Source: Callorhinchus milii (Eukaryota). From it: a stretch of 64,000 bases of DNA. Below, piece after piece: positions 23,663 to 35,439 of this stretch. The stretch spans positions 1 through 64,000 of the forward strand of contig NW_024704839.1 in NCBI RefSeq assembly GCF_018977255.1. Reading direction: 5' to 3'. The stretch's first letter is position 1; every line of letters begins with the position of its first letter. The position numbers were made by a program, and so were the translations under genes. The notes under the pieces are model-generated. The model worked only from the letters and a program-made list of their open reading frames with translations. It had not been told where the DNA came from and did not search any database.

Positions 23663-23673
23663 CTTGGATACAT
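23663..23673 (-). CDS. Possible first coding exon (ATG TAT CCA AG|gtaagt)
   Basis: ATG followed by a consensus donor beside a CpG-rich region. The next exon probably starts at ~23255, but its donor is unresolved. Confidence 0.4.
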
Positions 23674-23689
23674 CTCTCGTCGAATAACT

Positions 23690-23965
23690 CGCACTCACGC
23701 GACAGGGTGACATTTTAACGGCGCACACGCGGCAAAGCCAGTATCCAGGGGGCGCTGTAGCTCGAGCCGCGTGCCGTCTCCACGAAGTTAAACGCCAGAA
23801 TAACGCGCCAGGCTAGTGACGTCACGGCATCCGGTTTTATTTCACCCGCGTGGAGAGTCACGTGGGCGTCTGTAACAACCCTTAGCTGGTTGTGACGTCA
23901 CTCAATGCCTGGTGCCGTCCGCCGTGGCCTCGTGGGTCACGTGGTTTTCAGTGAAACGTCACCCA
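23690..23965 (-). promoter_or_regulatory. CpG-rich putative promoter of the kinase gene, with two full CRE palindromes and two E-boxes
   Basis: TGACGTCA at 23817-23824 and 23893-23900. CACGTG at 23859-23864 and 23938-23943. Confidence 0.5.
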
Positions 23966-24095
23966 CCCACTATATGATGGCATACCATAATGTATGTGCA
24001 CCTGCAATCGTTTTCTGTGTTCAGTATAATTTAGCGTGCATGTGTGTTATATACATGATACGTTGTCTACAATACATGCATGTTTGCATGTATAT

Positions 24096-24507
24096 GGGGC
24101 CGTCCATAAATGACGTCACGTGATTTTGGACGATGTTTACCCCCCCCCCCCATTAGTCACACGGCGTCACAAAAAGTCAGACCCCCCTCAAATATGACGT
24201 CACAAAGCTCTGCCCCCCCCCCTCACAAAACCATATTTCCATTTTGAAAATAAAACATGCTTCAAATCGCTTTAAACTATTGTCATTGTAGTGCGTATTT
24301 AATGTGGCGCTGCACTCTGATGTCGGAGGAGAAAACATTTATTACAAAGTAAATTTAATTAAGTAGAACGTGTTGTCTATATTTATTTAAAGTTGCGAAT
24401 TTTGATGTGACGTCACATTTCTCAACCCCCCACCCCCCTCGTCACACATCGTCACAAATGTCTGACCCCCCCCCCCCAGGTGCGTGACGTCATTTATGGA
24501 CGGCCCC
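24096..24507. mobile_element. 412-bp MITE, PIF/Harbinger-like
   Basis: Perfect 25-bp TIR GGGGCCGTCCATAAATGACGTCACG, with TAT on both flanks. Confidence 0.85.
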
Positions 24508-24549
24508 TATATTATACGTATGCGAGTCCATATTATTATAAATCATATC

Positions 24550-24758
24550 TTCTTGGTTCTTTCGGTAAAGTCACGTAGAAGGGAAATAATAAAATAATAA
24601 AAATATAACATAATAAAATATTTCTCACGACGTTTCGGTCACAACACAAGCAGCCGTCTATGTTTTATTTTATTATTTTATTATTTCCCTTCTACGTGAC
24701 TTTACCGAAAGAACCAACAAGATGAATCCCTGCAGTCACGAAAGCTTTAAATCGAAAA
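24550..24758. mobile_element. Palindromic Penelope-like insertion (ribozyme truncated)
   Basis: 12-bp TSD ATAAATCATATC at 24538-24549 and 24759-24770. Confidence 0.8.
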
Positions 24759-24859
24759 ATAAATCATATCCTTATATTTCATGCCATTATAAATCTCAAC
24801 GTTCATCCTTCAAAGTCCCATCACAAGGGAGAAACACCGACAAAAATATATTTGTTTTA

Positions 24860-25010
24860 ATCTTGATTTTAAGCTTTCGTGACTGCAGGAATCCATACTC
24901 TTTGGTTCTTTCGGTAAAGTCACGTAGGTATAAAAATAAAATAAATCACGACGTTTCGGGCGCAACACAAGAGTCCGTCATCAGGTGGGAAAGCATGGTC
25001 TGCTGCTGAT
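24860..25010 (-). mobile_element. Single Penelope-like arm with a hammerhead (24945-24988, subfamily C)
   Basis: Reverse complement reads CCCAC-CTGATGA-C-GGACTC-TTGTGTT-GCGCCC-GAAACGTC-GTGATT. Confidence 0.75.
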
Positions 25011-25209
25011 GCAAACCACTCTACGCCATATGGACCTGCACACTCAATTCCCTGTACAAGAATACATGTAAAACGTATGGGTTGACAGGTATGATATATG
25101 GATACGTACACATAAAAATGTACCCCTCTGCCCCCGTGATGTCTGCGCGCCGAGTGAGTATTTGTGACGGTTGTGGCACTTAGAGTGATGCCCACAAAGT
25201 TGTAACACC

Positions 25210-25562
25210 TCGATTTAAAGCTTTCGTGACTGCAGGGATTCATCTTCTTGGTTCTTTCGGTAAAGTCACGTAGAATGAAAATAATAAAATAATAAAACAT
25301 CATAAAATACAATTCTCACGACGTTTCGGCCACAACGCAAGCAGCCGTCCTCAGGTGAAGAACAGGTCTGTCCTAAAGGAGTTTTGAAACATGTTTAATA
25401 TTTATTCTTTTATTATTTCCCTTCTACGTGACTTTACCGAAAGAACCAAGAAGATGAATCCCTGCAGTCACGAAAGCTTTAAATCGTCGTGAGAATTATT
25501 TTATTATGTTTTATTTTTATTATTTTATTTCCATTCTACGTGACTTTACCGAAAGAACCAAG
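25210..25562. mobile_element. Three-arm (inverted plus tandem) Penelope-like insertion with a minus-strand hammerhead (25315-25362)
   Basis: TSD AAGTTGTAACACC(TCG) at 25197 and 25563. Confidence 0.8.
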
Positions 25563-25865
25563 AAGTTGTAACACCTCGTCCAGGCAGCACTCTTGTGTGT
25601 AACTGATGTCGGCAATATGGCTGCAGAGGCGCTGTAACGTGATATAATGAATCCGCGACAGATTGAATGATAAATGATGTTAATGCAGAGGGAATTCATT
25701 AACACATTCCTGCGGAGGGAGCTGGTAGGAACGTTGGGTTGCTCGGTCAATGGCCAGGGTCAACGGCGGCGTGGTGTATTCAGGAAATATGCCCGACTGT
25801 GAGGGCGGGCACAAGCCGGCGTGAGTAGGTTAAACGTTGAGTTTTATACGGGCACCACGGGGTGA

Positions 25866-25978
25866 CCAGCCCCTCCCCACCCAGCCCCACCCCTCCCACT
25901 CCCCACCCAGCCCTTCCCCACCCAGCCCCTCCCCACCCTCCCCACCCAGCCCCTCCCTCCCCACCCAGCCCCTCCCTG
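25866..25978. repeat. C-rich minisatellite (CCCAGCCCCTCCCCAC variants)
   Basis: Read directly. Confidence 0.8.
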
Positions 25979-26610
25979 CACGACGGACGGACACAATAAT
26001 CCCCTGTGGACTGGTGTAACCAGGAGGTTCCTACCAGTATAACCCACAATTTAGAATTAATTCTGTCGCGAATTCATTATACTGTATCCTGTTACAGCGC
26101 TTCTGCGGCCGTCTGGAACGCTCTTCCTTCCGATATTAGGAAGCCACTGGAACGGTGCACCTTTAAGTGATCTGGCTTGAAAACTAATTTCTTTAGAACT
26201 GCTTTTTGTGTTTAGTTTGTTGTCCTTCCCCCGGACCCCCGATTGGCATGGTTGGATACAATGCGAAAAAAGTTCGACATATATACGTGGTAATATGCTG
26301 AAACTTTATTAAGGGGTTACATATTATATGCAGAACAGACTACACCGAGCCCTACAAGGCATCTACTGCAACACCGCACATAAACATGGAGCCAAACATG
26401 CCGTCTCACACGGAGTTGTGAATAAAGTGACTAAAGCACAAATCCTAACTCACAGCAAAATTCGACAAGAATGCAACCTGCCCTCTGCTGACATACAATC
26501 GCAACATTATCTTAACCCATGAGACAAGAGGACTGGTCGATACCAACTGGGGTAGCAAATGCTGAAGCGATGATGGGCAGAAACCTAAACGCAACGCCAT
26601 TGTCAGTCTT

Positions 26611-26909
26611 TACTCTTTGGTTCTTTAGGTAAAGTCACGTAGGTATAGAATAAAATAAATCACGACGTTTTGGGCGCAACACAAGCGTCCATCATCAGGT
26701 GGGAAAGCATGGTCTGCTGCTGAGGTTTGAGATACACCCATCTCAAACCTTTTTAAAACAGTCTGCCTCAGCAGCAGACCATGCTTTCCCACCTGATGAT
26801 GGACGCTTGTGTTGCGCCCGAAACGTCTTGATTTATTTTATACCTACGTGTCTTTACCGAAAGAACCAAAGAGTATGGATTCCTGCAGTCACGAAAGCTT
26901 CAAATCAAG
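26611..26909. mobile_element. Palindromic Penelope-like insertion, subfamily C hammerheads on both arms (each with a point defect)
   Basis: 12-bp TSD ATTGTCAGTCTT at 26599-26610 and 26910-26921. Plus-strand CTGATGA at 26793-26799 and GAAA at 26820-26823. Confidence 0.85.
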
Positions 26910-27821
26910 ATTGTCAGTCTTATAGACACTTTATATTTAGTTTCATATTCTGTCGATGTTTCATATCAAGGTGAAGTTGCAAGCCTGAAATTGCTTGCTC
27001 ATATCACTGGTGGATGGAGGGCCTTGCATAGAGGGATCTCTATATGACCATATTCGGTCTACTCTTCCACGCTGGCCAGACGTCTTGGAAGAGGTGGAAG
27101 TACTCACACTTCACATCGACATGAGTTTTTTTTGTATCCAAAAAAATTCTTATCATATTCTACCCTTTTTCAAACTGTTTTATTAAAAGTTATATGGTGA
27201 CCTTACTATGATACATATTTGTGATCGAGAGATAAAAGTAATATAAAAAAATTGTTAGCATTTGACACCCTATGTGGTACCTGCCGATAAGCAACTTTTG
27301 GGTCAATGGTTTCAACGACCATCAGAAAATCTCCATACATGAAGATAGCTGAACAAAAGTTTCAGGGACTGTTGGCAGTGGAGTGAAAGCATTAATCAAA
27401 ATTGACACAGCGTGGGAAGGCCTCCATCCAGTCATGGGTTGTTAAAGGGCTGTGAATTATTAGATAAAAGTAAATAGAGTAGAGAGAGAGAACACAAAGA
27501 TATTGCCTAAGATTGGAAATTATATTTTACCCATTAAAGGCTGCACAGTGCACATGTGTACAGGCAGCCAGCAAAGACACCTGCTCACAGTACAGGAGAC
27601 CCTTGAATATCACGGGGTGATCGTTCGCGGTTTCTACCTATTGCAGGCAACCTTTTTCTGTTGCAATTTAGCTATCGAGGTGGTTAGTTTTTGGTGTTGT
27701 ATGGCTGATACCGCAGTGCGGGGCGGGCGAGAGACGCGAGGCAGTCAGTCGCACCTCAACCTTTGGTCGTGCCAGCATCTCGCGGACAAAGACGCCCCCC
27801 CGTATAACCTATTAACAGACT

Positions 27822-27906
27822 TGATTTGAAGCTTTCGTGACTGCAGGAATCCATACTCTTTGGTTCTTTCGGGAACCTACGTGACTTCACCGACAGAACC
27901 AAAGAG
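27822..27906. mobile_element. Short palindromic Penelope-like insertion nested in a SINE
   Basis: 12-bp TSD TATTAACAGACT at 27810-27821 and 27907-27918. Confidence 0.8.
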
Positions 27907-29032
27907 TATTAACAGACTGTTGGGGCAAGTGCTGTTAGCGAGCACCTATGAAGGCTGGCACGGCACACGTGGGGGTAGGTAGCCAGCACCACACCCGGTC
28001 ATGTTTGTCTCCCCAGTAGCGATGTTTACGCACCACACCAGGTACCGAGTAGATAAGCTGACCCAGGGGAGGCCCAGGACCGATTTAGATAATCGTCATT
28101 GGTGTTGGGCGTGAGCAGGAATCTAAATTGGGTTGCTGGGTTCATAGCGCAGCGAATTAATCGTAGCACTATTCCTCCCCACTCACGGACAATCAACCGC
28201 CAGTCGCCACTAATTGGTGGCGAAGTCACCACGGTGCTTGTGCCAGGCGATGTGCACGACGTTGAGGCCACGTGAAGTGTCGAACGCCCACTGGCAGGAG
28301 GTCACGGGGCAGACCCAGGTGCCATGGGTCGACTGAGATGACAAACACACACACATATACGCCCACTTTGGATCATCATCATCATCGGTAAGAACAGTAT
28401 TTATACGATTTATTGTCTGCGAATGCTTTTGTATCGGGTTTTAACATTATTATTTCAACTACTTGGCTTTTAGTGTATTAGGCATACAGTAGAGTACTTA
28501 TTTTAATTGAGACATTGTCTATTATTTGGTTGCCGTGTACCTAACCTCATTATTTATGTAAGGATTAAATATTGAATTTTGCGGTTTTGGCTTTAGTGGC
28601 ACTTTCCAAGAACGTACCCACCCCGCCCCGCGATATTCAAGAGTCACGTGTGCTGCTATCCTGCACGCCCATGCAAGTGATTTTATGAGGCACATCACAG
28701 TACCATCTCTCCACGATCCACGAAGCCTTTCTCCGCGTCACTGGGTTACAGAAACGCATCTTCTGCATCACAACCACTGCATTCAAATGTTCAACTGCGG
28801 CTCCCCAATGTTCCTCAAACATTGTCCACACACGCTCACCTAGAAGGGGATTGTGGTGTACGAAGTGGCAAACCAGGATATAAAGTACCGTGGAGTGGGC
28901 ATGGGGATCGCCCAGGACGGGAATAAATGGAGTGGCTGAGGAAGGCAGTCCCACATGAATGGGAACCAATACCAGGAGGAGAAAGTAGAGGGAGAAAACG
29001 GGTTTTGATTCCTTACCCGTACCCGGCCGCAC

Positions 29033-29118
29033 CAGGGTCGCAAACGGGTACCCGTACCCGGCCGGGTACGGGTAGCCGGGTATCGGGTAGGGTATCGGGT
29101 ACCCGGTTGCGACCTCTG
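29033..29118. mobile_element. Tiny hAT-like MITE or palindromic remnant built of GGGTACCC motifs
   Basis: Imperfect TIR CAG(A)GGTCGCAA(A/C)CGGGTACCCG. Confidence 0.55.
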
Positions 29119-29796
29119 ATATGGGGGTGGCACACATATCGACACCCTCAACATTAAGTCCATCTGCCGGAATGCAGGATCCGGCCGAAGTGAAAGCAAT
29201 GACAGCGAGGTGTGGCATGGCATAAATGGCATTGTCCATGATGACCTCTTGAACTTGAACGCGAGTGCCTATGAGTGAAGGACACATCAGGGGGTTAACT
29301 GTTGTTAATAAGGATGGGCTTATTGGCCCCAGATACAAATCATCACTGGTGATGAGCCTGTCACTCTTGTTGCGGTGCATCAATTATCTATCATAACGGC
29401 TGTGTGTTGCCTGGTCTGTCTTCCCGTAAAAACACATGAATCCCTTCGATCCGTCATCCATCCATCGGTTCCTGTAGCCGAGGTGGCATTCGGTGGTCAC
29501 TCGTTGCCATTGGTCAGTAACCGATTTGTTTCACCAAGTAAGAGCTCATTGGGAAACGCAAGTGTCATTTGAAACCGAGACCAGGTGTCCATCGAAGACA
29601 CCGTAACGGCATGCGTTTTCAAAAAGTGAAGCTCATCTGTCACCTGTCGGGCGCCGTATTCACAGCAATGCCTTGTTTGTCAACCCTGGCCTTAATTAAT
29701 TAATGATTGGAAACATTACAGTGTGGCCTGTGGCTCGGAGAGAGGTGGCTAGAGTTTAAAACTTGAGATAGAATATTTTGTCAGGGTTAGGGGTAG

Positions 29797-31172
29797 TGTT
29801 GGGGCCGCTGGTCCCCGGAGTCCCTCCCTGCTCCGTGCCTATGGCAGGGGCTCCGCCGTGCGCCGACCCCTCGCTGCTCTGCGAGCAGCTGCTGCCGTCG
29901 CTGGGCTCATCGCCCGACGGCTCCCCTCCCTGGTCCGTCCCTCCGCGAGCTCGTGTGAGAGGCATAGCTCGCCGCACGCCCTCGTTCACCTGCAGACGCT
30001 GCGTTGTCTCTCCACGGATCACGCGCTATTAAACGGGGGTCGGGGGCGAACGACGCTGCCCTCACACTGCGCGAGTCCCGGCGGCGACAGACGGATCGGG
30101 GACCTGCGGACGCACCGACCCCTTCACCCACACTACGAGCGCACACACCTGCACACACGCGACACCCACTCGTGCGCCGCTCTACGCAGCGCTCACTCAC
30201 GTGGTGAACCACAGTGTACACACGCGCACCCACACGCTCACACTGCACGACAATATCACGCGAGACCACGCTTCGCTATTAATGATTTATTATCTGATAC
30301 CTGGTAATTTAATGTTAAATCAGTGAGTCGACGAGGCTGGCCTACGCTGATACCTTTATACCTATTCCCGATTCATCTGCTATGATTCTAATTCACCTAC
30401 TTACTTCCTGCTGGATGCCCACGGCGGTTCGTTGATCCCGTGCTCGCAGCGCACCTCGATGCGTCTCACGGACGATCGGGTCGCTGGACTGGAGAGCGTC
30501 CTGTCGCCTGGCGCTGGAGAGAAGAGAGCTATTTTCCCTCTGCGCCCCTCTATTTATCCTCCCTACCTCAAAGGGGATGCTGCGCTAAACAATGGGCTCG
30601 CGATCCTCTGGCACGCGCACGGCGGTTCTGGGCGCTGTTGATATGCTAATCAGTGTGCTGCGTGCAAGGCGTAAATCCTACTTAATCCCTTACCCTCCCT
30701 AACAATGGGGCCTGCGCGCTCAAGCGCAATTATCCCAACCCTCCATGACTATGCGCAACAGCCCCTGTGACCCCGCTATTCATGCTGTCCCGTGCCTCCC
30801 CTGCTCGCCCCGTCGACCCGTGGGAGTGTGTGTGGGGGGAAATGCGCCTCAACCGCGGTGGCCGAATGCCCCACGCCGCGACCACACCATATTAAGGCCG
30901 GCCGCAGCGCCGCGGTGCCACGTAGCACGGGGGAGGTCATCCAATCCCCTGATCGCCGGAAACCGTGAGAATTAATCCCGATAAGGGTCTCTCGGATAAA
31001 AACCGGTCGGCCAGGCGACCTCCCCTCGGAGCTCTATGGGGGGGGGGGAAATGAGTGCGGGTGTGTTCATGTGAGGTGAGGTGAGGGGGACGCGGGGTCG
31101 GCTCCGTTGCTTGGTGGTGGCGAGGTCGGGGATTTGGTGCCTGCCGAACGGCTTCGTGGCGGCGGCATCACA
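29797..31172 (-). repeat. 3' LTR (1376 bp)
   Basis: Matches 36515-37888. By eye I found only two 1-nt homopolymer indels. Confidence 0.95.
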
Positions 31173-32956
31173 TAGCCCCCCGAGGTGCCAGTCCCCGTCC
31201 CGGGTTGACTGGAGCACCTCGCTTGGGCCGCGCCCACGAGGAAACGTTGCGGGGTCCGGGGGATCCGTCCGGACCTGGTGGCTGGCCTCGGGGCGGGTGG
31301 TTCCGTCCTCTGTAGCTCCTGCGGCGGTCTCCTCCTCCACTCCAGCGGCTCTCCCCGTCCCCCGGCACCTGTGGGCTGGGGCACAAACTCAGCAGCGGAA
31401 GGGTTTAGTGGCCGTCGTCCGCGCCGTCTCCGGACTGGATCGGGGCGTCTCGGGGACCAGGCGGGGCCCATGTAGTGTGCGAGGCCCCCCAACACGAGGG
31501 GTGCGGGTACTCCGGGATTTCGGGGCTTTCGGGTGACGGAGTCCTCTCTCGCCGGGGCCGCTTTCCATGGTTTTAAGCGGCGGACATTGACCACCGTCTC
31601 TCGACCCCTCTCCCCGCCGTAAATTAGTACCGTCCAGGGGGATATCTGCCGCACCACGGTCCAGGGTCCCCGCCAGTAGGTCGTCAGTTTCCCCACCTGC
31701 CCGGCCCCGACGCGAGGGGTGTGTAGCCACACCTTAGCGCCTGTCAGGAATAAGGGGGGTTCCATGCGGGGTCGGGTGCCCTGTTCCTGCCGCCGATGCG
31801 CGGCTTCCCCTTGCGGGTATGCTCGGCCTCGGGCTTCTCGCAGGGTCTCCAACAGGTGTTCCACGGGGCGGCTTCCCTCCTCCGGCTGGGGGGAAGGGAC
31901 GCCGAATAGCAGATCTGCGGGTAAACGAGACTCACGGCCGAACATCATTAAAAACGGGGTTTGTCCCGTCGACGTGTGTACGGTGGTGGCGTAGGCGAAA
32001 AGGGCGTAGGGGAGGTGTTCGTCCCAATCCCGTTGATTTGCGGCCGCCATACGTTTGAGTTTCCCCGCTAGGGTCTGATTCATGCGCTCTACCATACCGT
32101 TCGCTTGGGGGTGATACGCTGTGGTTCGGTCCTTCTGGATTCCGAATTCTCGGCACAGTGCCTGGAACAGCTCGGCCTCGAACTCGCTACCCTGGTCGGT
32201 GAGGACTCGTTCCGGGATCCCGTGCTTGAGTACGTAATGTTCTACGAATGCCCGGGCCACCACCAAGGCCGTTTTATCAGGGATGGCCACTGCCACGGGG
32301 TAGCGGGTGAAATACTCTACTGCGACTAGAATATACCGGTTGCCTCGATGGGATCGTGGGAATGGCCCCTGTAGATCGATCCCGACCAGCTGATTCGTGC
32401 GGCTGACGCGGAACGGCCTTAGGGGTACCTGGTATCGTGCCGGTTTCGGCCCGCACTGCTGACAGGCGCGGCAGCCCTGTACCCAGGCCGCCACGTCTTG
32501 TGCCAATTTGGGCCAGAGATACTGGCGACGCAGGGTCTCTCGAGTGCGTCGTTCCCCATCGTGGCCCCCGAGTGGGTGGTCATGCACCAGCCGTAGCAGC
32601 TGGGGTCGCACCTGGGCAGGAACACAGATGCACCCCGGCTGGCCGGCCTCGGTTAACTCCCGTACCACTCCGTTCTGCACACACAACCGGGCATACAAAC
32701 CGCTCCAGGGTCCTGGTAGGGCGCTCTTTTCCTCCCGCAGTGCCGCCTCCACGGCCGCCAGATCCGGATCTCGCTGCTGGGTCTGTCTCAGCTGCTCGTC
32801 GTTCAGGCCCGGGAAGGCGCAGCCGACGTCCTCCTGGATCCGTCCGATCGGGTCCCGAGCCGCGGGTCCCGCGCTTGCCGGGCGGTCGACGGGATCCTCG
32901 GTGCCACCTGTGAGGGTCTCTGTGGCGCACACTGCACTCTCTCTCGCTGGGGGGGG
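31067..32956 (-). CDS. pol: Gypsy integrase portion of pol
   Basis: HDHPLGGH...CRACQQC zinc site, GIDLQGP / LTDQGSEF / NGMVERMN DDE triad, and a WRGPW GPY/F-like module. The frame is open only from 32956 downward. Confidence 0.9.
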   Translation of the reverse strand, partial: PPPARESAVCATETLTGGTEDPVDRPASAGPAARDPIGRIQEDVGCAFPGLNDEQLRQTQQRDPDLAAVEAALREEKSALPGPWSGLYARLCVQNGVVRELTEAGQPGCICVPAQVRPQLLRLVHDHPLGGHDGERRTRETLRRQYLWPKLAQDVAAWVQGCRACQQCGPKPARYQVPLRPFRVSRTNQLVGIDLQGPFPRSHRGNRYILVAVEYFTRYPVAVAIPDKTALVVARAFVEHYVLKHGIPERVLTDQGSEFEAELFQALCREFGIQKDRTTAYHPQANGMVERMNQTLAGKLKRMAAANQRDWDEHLPYALFAYATTVHTSTGQTPFLMMFGRESRLPADLLFGVPSPQPEEGSRPVEHLLETLREARGRAYPQGEAAHRRQEQGTRPRMEPPLFLTGAKVWLHTPRVGAGQVGKLTTYWRGPWTVVRQISPWTVLIYGGERGRETVVNVRRLKPWKAAPAREDSVTRKPRNPGVPAPLVLGGLAHYMGPAWSPRRPDPVRRRRGRRPLNPSAAEFVPQPTGAGGRGEPLEWRRRPPQELQRTEPPAPRPATRSGRIPRTPQRFLVGAAQARCSSQPGTGTGTSGGYVMPPPRSRSAGTKSPTSPPPSNGADPASPSPHLT

Positions 32957-35439
32957 TCAGTGGCCGCGGCCTCTCGGGGGTCCGTTGCCTGCCGGCAGCG
33001 TCCCCCCGTGAAACAGGGGCAGGCCTCCTCCGCCCTTGTCTCGGCGTACACCGTGGGCCGCCTCGACAAGGCGTCCGCGTTTGCATGCGTCCGGCCAGCC
33101 CGATACTCGATTTGCAGGTTGTACTCCTGCAACTGCGCCAACCAACGGGCCATCTGCCCCCGCGGCTCCTTGAATGTAAGAAGGAACTGAAGAGCATAAT
33201 GGTCAGTGCGTACGCGACATCTCCTGCCGTACAAATACGGCCGGAACTGCTTACATGCGAAAATCACGGCGTACAACTCTTGGCGGGTCACGCAATAGTT
33301 CAGCTCGGCCCCACTCAAGGTCCGGCTGGCGTACGCGATGACTCGTTCCGTCCCATCCTGTACCTGTGACAACACCGCGCCCAGCCCGCTGCTGCAGGCG
33401 TCGGTGTCCAAAATAAAATCGGTGGTAAAATCGGGGAAAGCGAGGGTGGGGGCGTGGGTGAGGTGGTCTTTGAGAGTGGTGAAGGCCGTCTGGCAGGCCC
33501 CCGTCCACTGATAGGGGTGCTTAGGGGAAGTGAGTTGGGTGAGGGGGCGTGCAATCTCGCTGAATCCCTTTACAAATCGACGATAATAGGTGGCAAGCCC
33601 CAAAAATGATCTGATCTCCGTCAGATTCCTTGGCCGTGGCCACTCCACTACGGCGCGTACCTTCTCCGGATCGGTGTGCACGCCTGCCTCGCTGACGCGA
33701 TGCCCGAGGTACCCCACCTCGCGTTGTGCGATGTAACACTTACGTGGCTTGAGCTTGAGATGAGCCGCTCGCAGTCGCTGGAACACCTCTCGAAGCCTGG
33801 ACCAATGCTCAGACAAAGATCTACTGAACACTATCACATCGTCCAAGTAAATCAGGCACTGTTCCCATTGCAAGCCCCGCATCACCAACTCCATCAGCCG
33901 CTGGAACGTCGCGGGCGCATTGGTGAGTCCGAACGGGAGTACTCGAAACTCGAATAGCCCCATCGGGGTGGTGAATGCGGTTTTCGGCCGATCCTCCTCC
34001 GCCATCTCCACCTGCCAGTACCCGGACGCGAGATCGAGGGTGGAAAAATATCGCGCTCCGGCGAGGCTGTCGAAGGTGTCGTCGATGCGGGGTATAGGGA
34101 AGGCATCGCCGAGCGTGACTGCATTTAGTTTACGGTAATCGACGCAGAACCGTGTTGACCCATCCTTTTTCGTTACTAGTACCACCGGGGCTGACCAGGG
34201 GCTCGCCGAGGGCTGAATTATGTTATCGCGAAGCATGTCCCCAACTGCCTCTTTGATTTGGGCGCGTTCGGGTGCGCCCACTCGGTACGCAGGGAGTTTG
34301 ATGGGTCGGGCTGCACCGGTGTCAATTTGGTGCTTAACAAGATCGGTCCGACCCACGTCCGAGTCGTGTTCACTGAATACGTCGGCATACTCCCGCAGTA
34401 ACTCGCGCAGCCGATCGGCCTCTCCCTTAGGTAAATCCGCCCATGGTACATGTAACGCGTCGAGCAGGGGAACGACCTCGGCTCGGGGAGTCGGGCCGAC
34501 TCGCCAGGCCAGGTCCTGGTCACCCTCAGGACGCCCGGGGTCCTCAGCCCAGAGTGCGAACACCGAGTCGTTAGAGTGGCGTGCGTGCAGGGGGTGTACT
34601 GTGGCTATCGGGGTGCGCCGTCGCAGTATCGCTGGGGTATTGTGGGGGTTAAACATCCGCATAAACAATCGGTCCCCATCTGCGTTTACCAACGTGGCGG
34701 ATCCCACAACCCCATACCGTTTTGCCAACTCCGGGTGAGGAGTTAGCATTACCTCCCCTGATGGTCGGAGCGCGGGGTCGGTGGGGGATGTTGCCACCGG
34801 CACCAGCATCTCGGTGAGCGGGCCGATGGTGACTGTCGTCGCCAGGATAGCGGCCACAGGTGCAAAGCGGCGGCGCGTTGGTTCTCGTCCCAGGAACGGT
34901 ATCCGCTCGCCGTTGCTCTCCATGGTGGCGCATCGCTGGCGGGGTTGCACGTTGAGTCCCAACCGTTCTAGGAGGTCGGTGCCTGCGATACACTCGTGAC
35001 ACAACGCACTCGACACGTAGAACTCCTGCGTGCACACCTGGCTGCCTATGCGGACCTCTAGGGTGGCTCTCCCCAGCAGCCCCATTCCGGCTCCGCTCGC
35101 AGTGTGCAGCGCGCGGTCCGGGGCCTGCAGGTGACGCACGTCGACCCCGATCGCGCTGCAGTGCGCTGCGCTCACGAGCGAGGCCACCGCCCCCGTGTCC
35201 AGCAGGATTCGGGTACGCACTCCGTTTACCTCCCCTTCCACCAGCGACGTGGCCCCCGTGATCCCCGCCACCAGCTCCCGCAGCCAGTCGCCAGGAGTCA
35301 CCGTTTCTGTGGGCGTTGTTGCTGGAACCTGTGTGGAGATCACTCGCTCGCCATTATTCTCATTATCGTCTATTTGTATCGGGACCGCGTCGATTGCACC
35401 CCTAGTTGGTCCGCTTTCTAGGGGGCGTTGGAGTTTAAC
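32957..35439 (-). CDS. pol: Gypsy pol: protease, RT and RNase H (entered by -1 frameshift from gag)
   Basis: LLDTGA protease, FCVDYRKLN...LPFGL...YLDD RT, and LDTDACSSGLGAVL...TDH...NADALSR RNase H. Confidence 0.95.

Larger units (their letters stand above)
12395..23673 (-). pseudogene. Divergent DYRK class-2 (DYRK2/3/4-like) protein kinase gene, ~13 exons; pseudogene or mis-assembled gene
   Basis: Phase-consistent GT-AG exons give TPQEVLDKF..NNGYDDINDHY (DH box), IGKGSFGQV, VAIK, YGDLKPEN, IIDFG, YMAPE, DMWSLGC and WDPVRRLTP. Lesions: donor after 15219 reads AT rather than GT, exon 14581-14640 is 1 nt short, and there is +1 nt near 12890. Confidence 0.8.

Noticed and set aside
28637-29600. 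248-aa minus-strand ORF; possible decayed LINE endonuclease on the plus strand
   Set aside because: The ORF runs through a palindromic MITE remnant and has no motif. The plus-strand similarity is too weak to call.
29756-30022. Separate 88-aa gene
   Set aside because: It is the gag N-terminus copy within the 3' LTR, running into flanking DNA.
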